Assembly: GCA_010093995.1 (NCBI GenBank)
Contig: ML992546.1
Location: forward strand, 1 to 36,985
Direction of reading: 5' to 3'
Source of the DNA: Elsinoe ampelina
Lineage: Eukaryota
Length of the DNA: 36,985 bases
Part shown: piece after piece, positions 1-10,942 of the stretch
Layout: the number at the start of each line of letters is the position of its first letter
How positions within the stretch are numbered: the stretch's first letter is position 1
The notes under the pieces: model-generated
The model's database searches: none
The model's input: only the letters and a program-made list of their open reading frames with translations
What the model was told of the DNA's origin: nothing
Program-made: the position numbers and the translations under genes

Positions 1-1532
1 AGTTCTTCAGTACCAGAGAAGCTGTACCAGCCTTCCATTACAACAAGAAGACGTCTTGGCCGCGCCGAGCCGCTAGAACAAAACACCTACCGCAAAGAGT
101 CTAGACACGTCGCCGCCGCCTTGTCCTTGTGGCAGATTGCATGCTTCACATTTTCGCTTGTGAGTAATTCGCTCCCAGCCGTCCGGGATGTCTCGTCTGT
201 GCTTCCATTTTTGATGTTACCCTCCTCGATCATCACGGGTTGACTAAGTTACTGTGGAGCCGCTGCAGAACGAGATGGTGGCGACTCGGGGCTTTTTCTT
301 CTGCCACAGATCTGCGCACCACATAGGGGGCTGCAAATGGCGACAAAGGCTTGTCCTCCCGTGTGAAACAGGCTCTGTGGAACATGTTGTTTCTGCCGTG
401 CGAGTTCGCATTGAAGACATCCCTGCACTTGCAGGACGGCTGACCGAGATTACTGATAGCGGTTTCTTCAATTTGAGAGGTCAGTCGTAAAGATGCCATC
501 TAAAACAAATTTGGTCCAAGCTACGACTTTGCCAGCACCATTAGGCATGGCGAAATGGCCAACAACTTGGCGACCTCGTCATGTGCATCGTCTGTTAATC
601 ATGTCAATCCTTTTCGGTCTGTCGCGGTATCGCGTGCACATGTCGCCATGGCGCAAACTTGTCCATTAGGGAAGGCAGAGGATTTCCAGAGAAAGCTACT
701 CGACTCGTGGTCAGCTATACCGACTTCCTCAGGCCTTCATCATACTCAGCTGGCTTCTGAAACAAGCGCCGAATAGTCTAAAGCCTAGCCTTTACGTACT
801 GAAAACGGGCATCGTCGGCCATGGTGTCGGCATGCATTCTGGTAGGACCGGCCTTGGTAGTGGTGTTTCCTTCGGCATCATGGGCTTTGCTTCTGGTAGG
901 TCGGGCACTGCATTCGTGAGTATGGCAACATTGGCCATCCCTCTGGCACCATCGGCTGCGTCGGTTTCTGGAGGAACAGGTCTTCTGTACCAAGGTCTCT
1001 TGGCTCTTTGTCTCTGTCTCTGTCGGGAAGATCATGAGAGGTTCTTCAGGGATATATGACACTCTGCAGCCTGGACGTTGGACACAACTTTGGCCTCACA
1101 TCGTTAGTGCCTATATTTGCGAACTGATTGTCATGACAATTCGTCTAATGGCTGTCGACACTGAAAGTGATGAAGCATGTCCTACTATAACACCAGTGGA
1201 AGTGGGGCTTTGTGCTGTGAGTACACTAATGGAAGGACTTGTTTTGGCGTGGTAGTATCATGATGGATTGACTACCAGGTCTTTTAGCCATTATCAATTT
1301 CTGGGAACAGTTCATGGAGGTTTGATAGTATCGTTGGGAATTGGCTGAGATGTCCTTCACTACCACTCAGCCACTGTGAGATTATAACAACATGTCTTCA
1401 TTAAAGACTACGTATTAGCTTCCCCACCGTTGCTCTGCCCATTGAACAAGCTATTCAGATCTGAGACGAAGAAATGGATAATAGGTCCCTTACTGTCGCT
1501 TTCCAAATAGCAAGGGACGGGCCCTGGTGGTT

Positions 1533-2330
1533 CTAGTGAGGAGTCGACTGCCAGACCTTGCGCCATCTCCCAGCCAGTAGAGGTGCTTTCGGGTCCAATC
1601 GTATGAACGGGGACTGACCGCTGGTAGTATGAATGGGATTATCTGCTAGCTCCATTCCGGCTTCAAAAAAGTTTCTCGTGTGACCGCCTGGTAGTATCAA
1701 AGAGCACCAATCACCAGTGCGTCCAAGTACAGCCGGTCCAGCACTGAAGCCCACAAAGATGTGCAAGATTCCTGTCGGATTCTTTGCAGGGTCCACAAAT
1801 CGAGCAGGACTCTGATCGCGCTGGCCGTTGATGATCTGAGTCTTCAAAGACCAATCGCCCGTTGGCTTGGCCGAAGTGAAGGTCCAGGATAGCACAAGTG
1901 GTGGATGGATAGTACCACTTGTCGGCAAAAAGAAGTCCACCATCTTCTGCTGACGGTCATCGTTGGGTTTTGGAACGTACACTCCGGAATGTCTGGTGCA
2001 AGTGAGGATGGCGGCTAGAGGTTGGGGAGGGGTCTCGGGAGAAGAAAGAAGGGGAGGATCTGATATCCTTTCGATTGGAGGTGTTCCGATGGTGGCCACA
2101 TTGACGTTGGCTGCTGCGGTGTACAGAGCCGTCGAGTCTTGGGCAGCGACAGCATCAGCAGTAGCTCTTTCGGTGTCTTTTCCCTGTTGCCAGGCTTCAA
2201 GTCGTTGCCGAATGCGATTTGTCCATTGAGGACGTGGGATCTAGCATTGGTCCACCCGCTGTTCACAGTAACGTTCCGTAGACTTACTTTGTGCAGGTCT
2301 CTCTGCAGCGTCTTCCTCTTGGCCCTTCAT
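1533..2330 (-). CDS. Orphan hypothetical protein, possibly frameshifted or a pseudogene
   Basis: The frame is open from 2240 to the stop at 1533 (IPRPQWTNRIRQRLEAW...KVWQSTPH). It is preceded by a 47-nt GTAAGT...TAG intron candidate (2287-2241) and an ATG at 2330, but that first exon (43 nt) is one base out of phase. No family recognised. Confidence 0.35.
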
Positions 2331-2433
2331 GATACTACCAGGCAAACTTGTTTGTCCCCGTGGTACTAGAGACGAGTGATGCAAAAAATGGTAGTGTTGT
2401 GTGTGTAGAAGTATCTTAATTATGTTGTCTTGG

Positions 2434-2510
2434 TATGGGGGGGTGGGGGGCGTCTTGGCTAAGGACTTCACAATGCATAGTTCATATACTACTCAAATTT
2501 CCCCCCCATA
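2434..2510. repeat. 10-bp perfect inverted repeat TATGGGGGGG / CCCCCCCATA
   Basis: Arms at 2434-2443 and 2501-2510 with a 57-nt spacer. Confidence 0.6.
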
Positions 2511-2610
2511 AATCGGAGCCGTAAGTTTGGACTCGATCTCCATGGTCTTCAAAAGCTAATACTCACGAGGTGGCGCAATGGTAGCGCGGTTTGTTTAGTC
2601 CTTTCATTCG

Positions 2611-2855
2611 AGTCTGGATTATTTCTGACGATAGATAGTCTGATTCCAGATGTCACCATGTAGTACCCCACGACTAGGTCACCTAGGAAATTCCAGAAGG
2701 TTGTGCGGTTAGTAAATTTGCTCGCCCAAATTCGATCATTGCTCATATGATCAGTTCAATTCGCACCGGCTTCAGTCTGATTGTACTTTTTGCACACGTT
2801 GTTACATCACATGTCACTCATTTTTTTGATAGTCTGATTCCACAATAGCCTGATC
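2611..2855 (+). repeat. Dispersed direct repeats with core AGTCTGATT
   Basis: GATAGTCTGATTCCA is exact at 2634-2648 and 2828-2842. AGTCTGATT occurs at 2774-2782, with variants AGTCTGGATT at 2611 and ATAGCCTGATC at 2845. Confidence 0.6.
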
Positions 2856-3180
2856 ATGCAGGGTAATCAATCTTACATGCTAGCGATACAAGTGTAAATG
2901 GATCAAGCAGTACATCATAAGTCTCGGACCGTGAAGTTGCACGACGGCGATATTTTTTGGTCTCGTTTCGTTCGTGTGATGAATAATCAAGGGTGCGTCG
3001 TTCTGATGCACCATTATTTCCATTATTGGTTGAAACACATCGATCAACAGATGGGCGGCTGATTAGAGAGAGGTCGTACGAGGTCCGGTCTCAGCCTGGT
3101 ACCGCCTGTAATTCACTCTTCGCTCACATCGGCCGTACGTCTCTACCGGCATTCCACGATACGTTACAAGCGAAGTAACC

Positions 3181-3993
3181 ATGGCTCAAGTAGATGGGCA
3201 GACTCTCAATGAACTCGCAATGAAGGACAGCTTGCCATGTCTGTTCGACAGATATCAAGAAGAGGGCCATGAGCGGGACCTTTGTGTCTCCGCCCAGTGC
3301 GAACACACATTCTGTAACCGATCACATACGCGTATCAGGCTGATGGAGAGAATGATGTCAGGAGCATCGTCAAGACTATATGCAGATAACATAAGCACAG
3401 CATCGACAATGGTCGCCGGGCATCAAGATGGCAATCTCGGAGCCAGCGTGTCCAACGAACCCCAGCTTTGGCGAGCATCACAAGGTTCTCTCCGGCTGTA
3501 CCATGATCCAAGCAACAAATACAGCATCTCGAGCAGCGATAGCGTCGATTACATCATCGATATGGCTGCCACCCGGGAACCAAAGGCAAAAGTAGTCTTG
3601 TATGATGGACCGTCGACTTCTGGACCAATCCTTGCTTCGGCGGATTGGGCGCTTAGCAGCAAACACATCCAAATCTGCTGGGGCAAACCAATGAATGGCA
3701 AGTGGCACGACGCACTAGGCAACTGGAATCATCAAGCTCGCACAATACAAGCGCCGGGCGGAGGGAGAAAGCTGAAGTGCGAGAAGACTCCACAGAGCAG
3801 AGATCAGCAACTTCTCGATGCTTCAAGCAAGGAAGGACTTGGAGGGCTGAGATGGCATGAAGCGGACGAGAAGACCAACCATGCTGCGAGCTTCTACTGG
3901 GAACGACCGTTGACGAAACATGAAGAGGTGGCAGCGCTCATTCTTATGCTGGCTTCAGATAAGAAGAACTCTACTCTGCCAGAAGCAGACTGA
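3181..3993 (+). CDS. Hypothetical protein (fungal family of unknown function); the true start may be a later ATG near 3343-3355
   Basis: 270-aa ORF. The segment VVLYDGPSTSGPILASA followed by beta-strand-like stretches and a terminal hydrophobic helix (EVAALILMLA) resembles a pattern I recall from uncharacterised fungal proteins; not searched. Confidence 0.6.
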   Translation: MAQVDGQTLNELAMKDSLPCLFDRYQEEGHERDLCVSAQCEHTFCNRSHTRIRLMERMMSGASSRLYADNISTASTMVAGHQDGNLGASVSNEPQLWRASQGSLRLYHDPSNKYSISSSDSVDYIIDMAATREPKAKVVLYDGPSTSGPILASADWALSSKHIQICWGKPMNGKWHDALGNWNHQARTIQAPGGGRKLKCEKTPQSRDQQLLDASSKEGLGGLRWHEADEKTNHAASFYWERPLTKHEEVAALILMLASDKKNSTLPEAD

Positions 3994-4057
3994 TCAACAA
4001 TATCACCGACATCACGATAGGCGCCCTGAACTCCATCAGCTACTGGAGACCCTCATT

Positions 4058-4179
4058 CATGTCTGGTAGTTCTTCCGCATATCTGGTAGTTTCTCCTCAT
4101 GTCTGGTGGTACTTTGCTCATGTCTGGTGGTACTTTGCTCATGTCTGGTGGTACTTACTCATGTCTGGTAGTACTTCCC
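4058..4179 (+). repeat. Tandem minisatellite, 6 x 20-21 bp, consensus CATGTCTGGTRGTACTT...
   Basis: Units start at 4058, 4078, 4098, 4119, 4140 and 4160. Units 3 and 4 are identical (CATGTCTGGTGGTACTTTGCT). Confidence 0.9.
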
Positions 4180-4181
4180 GG

Positions 4182-4241
4182 GTCACTCCTCCTCCCGTCA
4201 CTCCTCCTCCGGTAACTCCTCCTCCCGCCACTCCTCCCTCT
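4182..4241 (+). repeat. Tandem repeat, 4 x 15 bp GTCACTCCTCCTCCS (VTPPP if translated)
   Basis: Units start at 4182, 4197, 4212 and 4227. Confidence 0.85.
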
Positions 4242-5304
4242 CCTGTCGCTGCCAGCGCGACCTCACAGTGCCCCCGCTTCCGGAACGATTCAGCAGAACA
4301 TACCGCGCACGCTGTCCAGTACACGAAGGATCCGAAGGGCAGATTGAATGATTACGATATTCACGGGAATGACATGGCTTCTTTGATACTTGGAATGTCA
4401 TGATAGTTTGTGGTACAGGTGGTAGTATCTTCTGCTATATCAACTACCAGGCTTTCCAGCAACACTCGGAAGCGCCTGGGTTACTGGTCTCCGGATCTGG
4501 TAGTTCTGGTAATGCGTACTGCGTCATCCGTTTCCAGGGTAGTAGTGAAGTTTACGTGGCAGGTGAAAGGACTTTATGATGCATTATTGTGCTATGGTAC
4601 AGCGACATGTGCTTTTTGGTGTACCTGAGGATGGTGGGGCGAGCTGCACGGCACAGAGCTAGCTTGGAGCGCAGGGCGGGGAGCACGGACAGGGCCAAGG
4701 GGCGGATCAGGCCATGAGGAGGTCAGTGTTGGGGCCAGGAAGCTCCGAGAGAAGCTCAAGCTCTGGGAGAGCTGTTTGAAGCTGCGTCTGTATGCACGAG
4801 CTTGTTGATCTTGTCTTCTGAACAATTGTATGACTACTGATCCAAAGCACACTCACGTAATAAACATGTTTGTACAGTCAATGGCTATCTAGCGGTGTAG
4901 GAGAGGCAGCTTCCTCATCGGCAAGTGCAAGAGCCGGCCTGATCAGATGCTTCCAATTGGCCACTGGAGCTCGCCGCAGCTTTAGAATTTACATGTGAAC
5001 AAGGGCTCGAGCTCGAGAATAGACAATTGACACTGTCCATGGGTGAGACATTTGTTCCGCAATAGGGACGGGACCAGAGAACGTTGCGTAGAGAGTCAAT
5101 TGCCCCGTCTCAAGTCGATACAAAAACGGGCCCAATAACAGGCTGACCCGATCGATTGGCCAACGGGTGGTCGATTGCAGGAGCCCGCAGAGAGTGGGGT
5201 GGAGTGAGTAGTAGTGAGAGAGCGATGAGAGACGAAAGCGATGAGAGAAAGAGCAGAAAAAGTGGCCGGGAAGAAGAAGGAGGGGCATTTTTTGCGTTCC
5301 TCGT

Positions 5305-5328
5305 TGATTCTGATTCTGATTCTGAATC
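5305..5328 (+). repeat. (TGATTC)n hexanucleotide microsatellite upstream of the RfeD-like gene
   Basis: Three perfect TGATTC units plus TGAATC. Confidence 0.7.
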
Positions 5329-5758
5329 TGGCTCAATCACCCGCGTTCCACTGTCCCACACCCTCCAGCTCCGCCTTTACACCGTGACATGCCTCTGCTC
5401 TCTGCTCTCAGCTCTCAGCTCTCTTGTCACCATCCGTCATCCTCCCAAACGGCCTGGTCTAGCTGCCACCGACCACTGACCGCACACCACCGTCGTCTTC
5501 GCCGCCCAAGCTCCGTCAGAGGTCTCAAGCCAGACGACCCTGCGACCGAGGACCTTGACGCAGGTCCATGGACTGCAGGGGCTCTCCTACCTGCCCTGTC
5601 AGCCCCGTTCCCTCCCGACACACCACCTGCTCCTGCTCCTGCTCCTGCACCAGCCCACAGCTACACCCACAGCTACAGCTCCTCACCACCTCAGACCGGA
5701 GCTCCAGAGCTCTCCCTCCTCGATCATCCCAGGTACATGCCGCTTCTCTTGGTCGGCA

Positions 5759-7370
5759 ATGCCTCCCAAGCCTTCTAACCACGCTCAATTCCCCGTCTCC
5801 GACCCCGACAATGAAGTCGTCTGCCCAATCACCCAGGCCGACGGCACCGGCTGCCGCAAGAGATGCTTGGGCGTGAGTCCTCCTTCTGATCCTTTCCTCA
5901 GCGAAGAGTAACATGAGTCTCTCTACAGGAGAAGCGTTTCCGCTCCATGCAGGAGCACATCCGACGCGCCCACCCCGAATACTACATCCCAAAGCTCCCC
6001 GCCACGAGAGAGTCCTTCGAATTGATGGTCAACACCCCTCCCCATGAGATACCCAAACCAGAGGCGCAGGACCACTGGTCTCCCCCGTCCGAGAGAAGAG
6101 AGCGGCATTACATACAGCGGGGGCCAACGGACGGCTCAGGTCTGTCTTATGCACCCACCCACGATTCGTTTGATCTCCAACGCTCATTCGATCAAGGAGT
6201 CCGCCAGAATGACGGCTTCTACGGGCAGAATATCCCAACCTTTGAGATATCCCGCTCGCCCGCTCATTTGAGGAGGGGCTCTCTCTTGCCCGCCGCTGCC
6301 GCCCTCGCCCAACTCCACTACGCTCGACCCGACGGTGATTGGAGCAGTGATCATGTCGGAATGTTCCAGATGGAGCAGGATGACGGCACAAAGGGTCCGC
6401 AGAACTTCTTTACAGATGATTCAGCCGATGTCAAGCAGAATCATTTCGCTGACCCTACTTTGTCTGCAGAGCAGCAGTTTCTCGATAGTCAGTTTAGAAC
6501 TGATCACCAACATAACAATGGAAACGGCAATGGTCATATGGTTGAGCCGTCGTCATCCTTCGAGCAGTCGCCTCCAAACCGATCAGCTGCCCCCGCTGTG
6601 CAAATGCAGCGGTCGTGGTCAAAGGGTAATCGACAAAGAAAGTCATCCGTGTCTCAGAATGCCAGAAAAGCAAAGCACGAGCGACGGACTTCGAGAGATT
6701 ACCTGCGACCGACCAGTCATGATCGAAAGGCGTTTTCTGCAGAACCGATGAACGCGGCAGCCATATATGGAAAGAGATGGGAAGATTTGATCGATGCTGC
6801 TACCTCTGCCACGGAGGAAGACAGCAGAGATCTTACACCTGTAATCACGAGACCTCAACCTTGATACATGGTAAATGCTGACTATTACAGATACCTGCTT
6901 CACCTTTTCAATCCCCTCGTAACGCTGAGCGAACACCAATGCCAGCTCCGTTCGCCCTTGGTTCTCAATTTCAATCATATACCGCTTCACCCTTGCAACA
7001 AGCTCTGACACCACCTCCACCCGACGGTCCACAACTGGACCTCCAACCTTTTCCCTCTGTCGAAGAACCATCATCCATTGACTCCAATGCTTCTGGCACA
7101 AACTTCCACATCATGGCTTCGAATCAAGCATTATCATCGGCAAGCGATAGTAGTCCTATGTTCAGCACACCTGTCCAAATATACTGCGCTGGTTGTCGAC
7201 GTTTAAGCATACTAAAGGAAAGCTTCGCCTGCTCAGAATGCATCTGCGGACTCTGTCAAGGCTGCGTCGACGCCCTGATCAGCGAGCAGACCCGCGGTAG
7301 AGCCGCTCAATGTCCAAGGTGTCGGACGATCGGAGTACGGTTCAAGTTATTCCAGCTTGATATCCGCTGA
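5759..7370 (+). CDS. rfeD: RfeD-like putative transcription factor with an N-terminal zinc finger and a C-terminal RING-like Cys cluster; exons 5759-5872, 5929-6840, 6891-7370
   Basis: Introns GTGAGT..CAG (5873-5928) and GTAATC..GCTGAC..CAG (6841-6890) join the frames. The spliced motif CPITQADGTGCRKRCLG|EKRFRSMQEHIRRAHPEYYIPKLPAT, the RWEDLIDAATSA motif and the C-terminal CAGC..CSECICGLCQGC..CPRC match the family I recall as Aspergillus RfeD. The gene model is firmer than the name. Confidence 0.75.
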
Positions 7371-8082
7371 ACGATTCTTGATCTTTGTCACCACACATAC
7401 CCTCACTTACACTCCCACCATATGTCATGTCACACACCATCTCTCAGCCTCGATACTGACACATTGATGCGACCACGACTATTTCATCTGCATACAGGCC
7501 GGCGTTCAGGACCATCATCAATACTTTTCAAAAAGCTTTAATACCAGTGGAAGTCATCAAGCGCTGGACCACATTTACATCCGACCTTGTTTCTCATTCT
7601 CCACCATCTTTGGAAGGCTTTCTCAAGGAGTTTTGGGGAGGCAGGATTATTTCACGATCATTATGACAGGACGGACACGGACAAGGCAGGTTTATGTTCG
7701 GCGTCTGGGTTTTTCTTTTCTACGATCTTGATATCAGAATGCCCCGGAACAGATCAGGGGGCTTCCATAAAAGAAGGAGAGTGAGAATGTATACCGCCCA
7801 TGAGCGAGCTGTTTGCCAAGGAGATTTGATGCGGGAGTAGGTTACGTACAGTTATTGTCGAGCGATTGGCTCCAATAGATTTGATTGACCCAAGTCATGA
7901 CCATTGTCATTTTCATTTCATTCCTACACTCCACTGCCTTGTCTTTTCTCATCAAGAAGAAGCAGGGACTTCAAAGTCGATGGTAGAGTCAATGCCACAG
8001 GTGGGCTTTATTCTCAGGGGGTATCTCATGCACTCATCCAGCCACATGCTCCCCCTCACTCGGCTGTAGCCATCTTCACAGC

Positions 8083-10702
8083 TCACTGAAAAGTCCTACT
8101 CCTCCCCCCGCCCTCCTTCTGCCTCCTCCCCAACCCCTTCTTCACATCCCCCAGTCCCTTGGCCATGGTGAACGGCTCCCTCTTCTCCCTCGCCTTCCCA
8201 TCCTTGTCCTTCCCATCCTTACCCTTCCCCTTGCCCTTCCCGCCGTCGCGTTTCGCGGCGCGCTCCATCTCCCTCTGCGCGTGCAGCACAGTGGGGGCAG
8301 AGGCGTAGTCGAATTCCCCCTCCCCCTGTCCTTCCTCCCCGGCCCCTCCCCCGTCTTCTCCGACTCCAATGTCGTCGAGCTGCGTGCCCTGCTCCTCGAG
8401 AGCACGTTTCCGCCGCTTCTCCTCCTTGCGTTGGCGCTTGGCTTCGCGTTTCGCGTCGTCGGCCCGGACAGGCGTGATGGAGACTTCGTCTTGGTTGTCT
8501 GCTAGGCCGTCGTCGTCGTCTTCTTGACCGTTGAGGCCGGGAATTGCAGAGGTTGAGGGGGTGGACCGCTTGCGTTTCTCCCCTTTGTTTTGTTCGCGGA
8601 TGGTGAAAATGTCGGATTTGGCCTTGCCGGCTCGGGATAGGGGGGTGTTGTTGCCGTTGGTGGCGGGGGTAGAGACGGCAGATGCAGGGGCGGGTGAGGG
8701 CTTGTAGGGCGTTGAGGAGGGTGCGGTGAAGATTTCGGCTGTGAGGGGTGGGAGGGGGATGTGCATCCTTGGCTGCAGCGTGGATATACGCTTCTTCTGT
8801 TGTGTCGGAAAGGTATTACCCCAGAATGACGAGAGTGTCAAGCGTAAGGACGAGAGGGCGGTCTGGGGTGGTGCTAGGTTCTGAGCGGGACGTTGAAGAT
8901 CTACTCTTGGTGCTGTAGGGGCGTCTGCTGGTGGAGGAAGGGCAGGAGTCTGCCGAACGTCAATCATGGATTCGCCATAGCGAAAGATCTCAATCTCGCG
9001 AAGAGTGTCCTTCATTTCTGCTTCATTCGGGGCGCGATCCTTCGCCGCCTTGATCACGGCAAGAACTTCGTCGACATGGAGTCGAAGTATTTGCGTCACA
9101 GGTTGAGCAACGCTGAGTAGCTTCGCTCCTTCCAATGGTATTTCCTTGGCGATGTTGAAGAGAGTGTGATTGGCGAGCACGTAGTGTACGCTATCGTCTT
9201 GTTCGCGAGCTACCCGATCTCTCCATTCGTGGACTGCGCGGAACACAGCAAACTGTTCTCGTGACAGCAGCGCGGGTGTCCGCGCGAGCATGCGGTACCA
9301 ACCGACAGGACCAAGACCTCGCTCTACATCATAGATGGGATGGTTGTAAGTCTGCAGGGCGACCTCCTTGGACCTTTGGAGGACATCCATGATCTTGTCC
9401 TCTTCCGGCTTGCTTGGGTCCGAGCGATCCAACAATTCGTTTCGCATATTGTCGTAAATATACAGAAGAAAGTGCGTATCTGAGCGGGCATAGTCAAAGA
9501 GCTCCTTTGGTAAAGGTCGAATGCGCCAATCAGCCGTCTGATACTGCTTCTGTGCGTCAAAGTCGATGAATTTCTTGAGTAGAAACGCAAGACTACCGCC
9601 AGGATATCCTAGAACTCGAGACGCCAGGTGAGTGTCGAACAGACCAACTAGGTAAAGACCCAGATCACGTTGAAGCCAGATGGCATCCATGTGACCGCCG
9701 TGAAGGACCTTGACAATGTTCGGGTTGGCAAAGACCTCATTCAGAATGGAGAGTTTCCGTCGCCACGGCTTGAGTGTGTCCACTATCCAGTCGCGATCTC
9801 TCGTACTGATCTGCATAAGCGATACCAGACCAATGTATGTGCGGAAGTCGTGGTGTTCCAGATCAACGGCAATCTCCTTTGCCTGCTTCAGCTCTTGCAG
9901 CATCTCTTCCACTGCCTCTTCTGTGTCTACCAGTGTTGCTGTCGTAGATTCGAAAGGATGGTACATGATGGGTTCTGCTCGGGTATACACAAATGATGGA
10001 TATTCGTATTGCTCGATCTCGGTTTGATAGGGATGCGAGGTGCTGTGACTTTGTCAGTCTTGCTTCATAGAGCATAATCACTGTCGACTGACTGCTGTAA
10101 ACCGTCCTCACCCTCGTACTCTTGTGCCGACTCCTCTAATGGCACGATCGCATGCGGCTTCTCTTGTAGAAGAGGTCGAAACGGTGCAATATCGTCGTTG
10201 GAGGGTACAGTGTTGAAGGTCAGCTGCGGCTTAGTGATATCCTTTGACTTGAGAGCTTGCGCTATCTTGCTGGGTTTGGGTGTGCTCGTCGGAGTCTGCT
10301 CGCTGTCAGCTTAGGTCCCTCCTTCTTCTCCGAATCCCTTACCTGCTCCCTTGTGGGACTCAACCGCTTGACAGCACCCGAGAATTCATCCAAACTCGTG
10401 TCGGCCTTTTCAAGCAAACTGTCCAGGACATCAACTATGGCCTTCCAATTCTCGTCGACGGCATCGGCACCGGTCAGTCGAGGACGTACAACTTCCGAAC
10501 CCGGAGCCGCATTGCCCAGAAGGCGATCCGCAAGACTGAGAAGCCGCGCATTCTGCTGATCTATCCTTGAACCTATCGAGGGGTCGAGTGATCGATGAAA
10601 GTCGAGGTCTTCGGCGGCGAGAGCGTTTGCGCTGCGCGTCACTGCGAGCAATGAGGAGGATATTGACTCCAGCAGTGATGCTGAGTCTACATTAGTATCC
10701 AT
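8083..10702 (-). CDS. RRP6: Nuclear exosome 3'-5' exoribonuclease Rrp6; exons 10702-10343, 10295-10093, 10042-8083
   Basis: PMC2NT-like N-terminus (AEDLDFHRSLD...DVLDSLLEKAD), DEDDy motifs IAVDLEHH, LMQISTR, WLQRD, ADWRIRPLP and YARSDTHFLLYIYD, an HRDC domain (WRDRVAREQDDS) and a K/R-rich tail. Introns 10342-10296 (GTAAGG..GCTGAC..CAG) and 10092-10043 (GTCAGT..ACTGAC..CAG) keep frame. Confidence 0.96.
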
Positions 10703-10942
10703 ACTGCATGCATAGGCCGAATGAAGTGGAGAATAAATGTCGTCGTCGCGGTGGAGGTCATCTTGAGAACTTGAACTTTTTCATCATACCGCCAAGACTC
10801 CGCAAAGTCCGCATCACATGTCATCAAGACGTGAATATGAGAAGTGAAATGTTTTCTATACTACAATGATGGTATCTTATGCAGAGACTACTTCTGCCAT
10901 GTCGTGACGCCGTCGCTATGCTACAATGCTACCTCCGTCGTC

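Noticed and set aside
233..1255. Several 70-95 aa ORFs on both strands
   Set aside because: Overlapping, short and without recognisable homology; cannot be supported as genes.
4058..4179. CRISPR-like appearance of the 20-21 bp repeats
   Set aside because: The units are contiguous with no unique spacers, the context is eukaryotic and there are no cas genes.
5180..5758. Purine-rich to pyrimidine-rich switch and short repeats (CCTGCT, CACAGCTA) upstream of the RfeD-like gene as a seventh skew unit
   Set aside because: Opposite polarity to the six units and consistent with an ordinary fungal CT-rich promoter and 5' UTR.
6355..6402. Possible in-frame 48-nt intron (GTCGGA..CAG) in the RfeD-like gene
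   Set aside because: Weak donor and branch point, and the frame is open either way; cannot be decided without RNA-seq.
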